From a bacterium (GTDB lineage Bacteria > Patescibacteriota > Minisyncoccia > Phycocordibacterales > JBBTRF01): DNA of 64,000 nucleotides. Position numbers and translations under genes: made by a program. Shown here piece by piece: positions 63,887-64,000 of the stretch. The first letter of the stretch is position 1. The number at the start of each line of letters is the position of its first letter. The notes under the pieces are model-generated. The model saw only the letters and a program-made list of their open reading frames with translations. It was not told the origin of the DNA and searched no databases. Location: assembly GCA_037130265.1 (NCBI GenBank), contig JBAXTI010000002.1, positions 26,870-90,869 on the forward strand, written 5' to 3'.

Positions 63887-64000
63887 ATGTCTCAAAAAGA
63901 TTTTGATGGGTGGAGCGAAGTTAAAAAACGCACAAATGCTGAGTCGCCACGACTCTACACGGTACGTGAGATTTGGTGGTGCCGACTTGGAGTAAATATT
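63887..64000 (+). CDS. Second PemK/MazF-like gene, 3' truncated by the window edge (absent from the ORF track)
   Basis: MSQKDFDGWSEVKKRTNAESPRLYTVREIWWCRLGVNI matches KDFDRWNIVKK...VREVWWASLGVNV of 31107..31505. Confidence 0.8.
   Translation, partial: MSQKDFDGWSEVKKRTNAESPRLYTVREIWWCRLGVNI

Overview
Chromosomal segment of a bacterium using genetic code 11 (TGA is a stop). It is most likely a Patescibacteria/CPR (Parcubacteria-like) organism, inferred from the gene repertoire, the ATST-rich secreted proteins, the orphan PemK-like genes and the scarcity of Shine-Dalgarno sites. There are three blocks. (1) 1-24.5 kb is a surface-glycan locus: two AsnB amidotransferases, many glycosyltransferases, Wzm/Wzt, a GT2-GtrA fusion, a GT-C-like membrane protein, an O-antigen-ligase-like TPR protein, and a PfkB kinase / Zn-dehydrogenase / TPP E1 alpha-beta module. 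(2) 24.5-39.5 kb holds housekeeping genes (murB, secA, cls, eno, gpmI, AI-2E, MYG1, obgE, gatB), interrupted by an orphan MazF/PemK-like gene facing a ~59-nt small-RNA unit and by an MFS gene behind an attenuator-like leader. (3) 39.5-62.7 kb is a secreted surface-appendage locus: two pilin/WxL-like paralogs, a DUF916-like membrane protein, an FN3-like membrane anchor, a 4810-aa modular tail-fibre-like protein with two S74 chaperone domains, and two triple-LamG proteins. It is followed by gap and the start of a second PemK-like gene. The best novelty candidates are an usher-less donor-strand pilus carrying a giant fibre, a possible RNA-antitoxin/MazF pair, a BldC-like regulator with phased TGTCAA repeats, and a pervasive leaderless promoter design. 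All family assignments come from motif recognition by eye; no database search was run.
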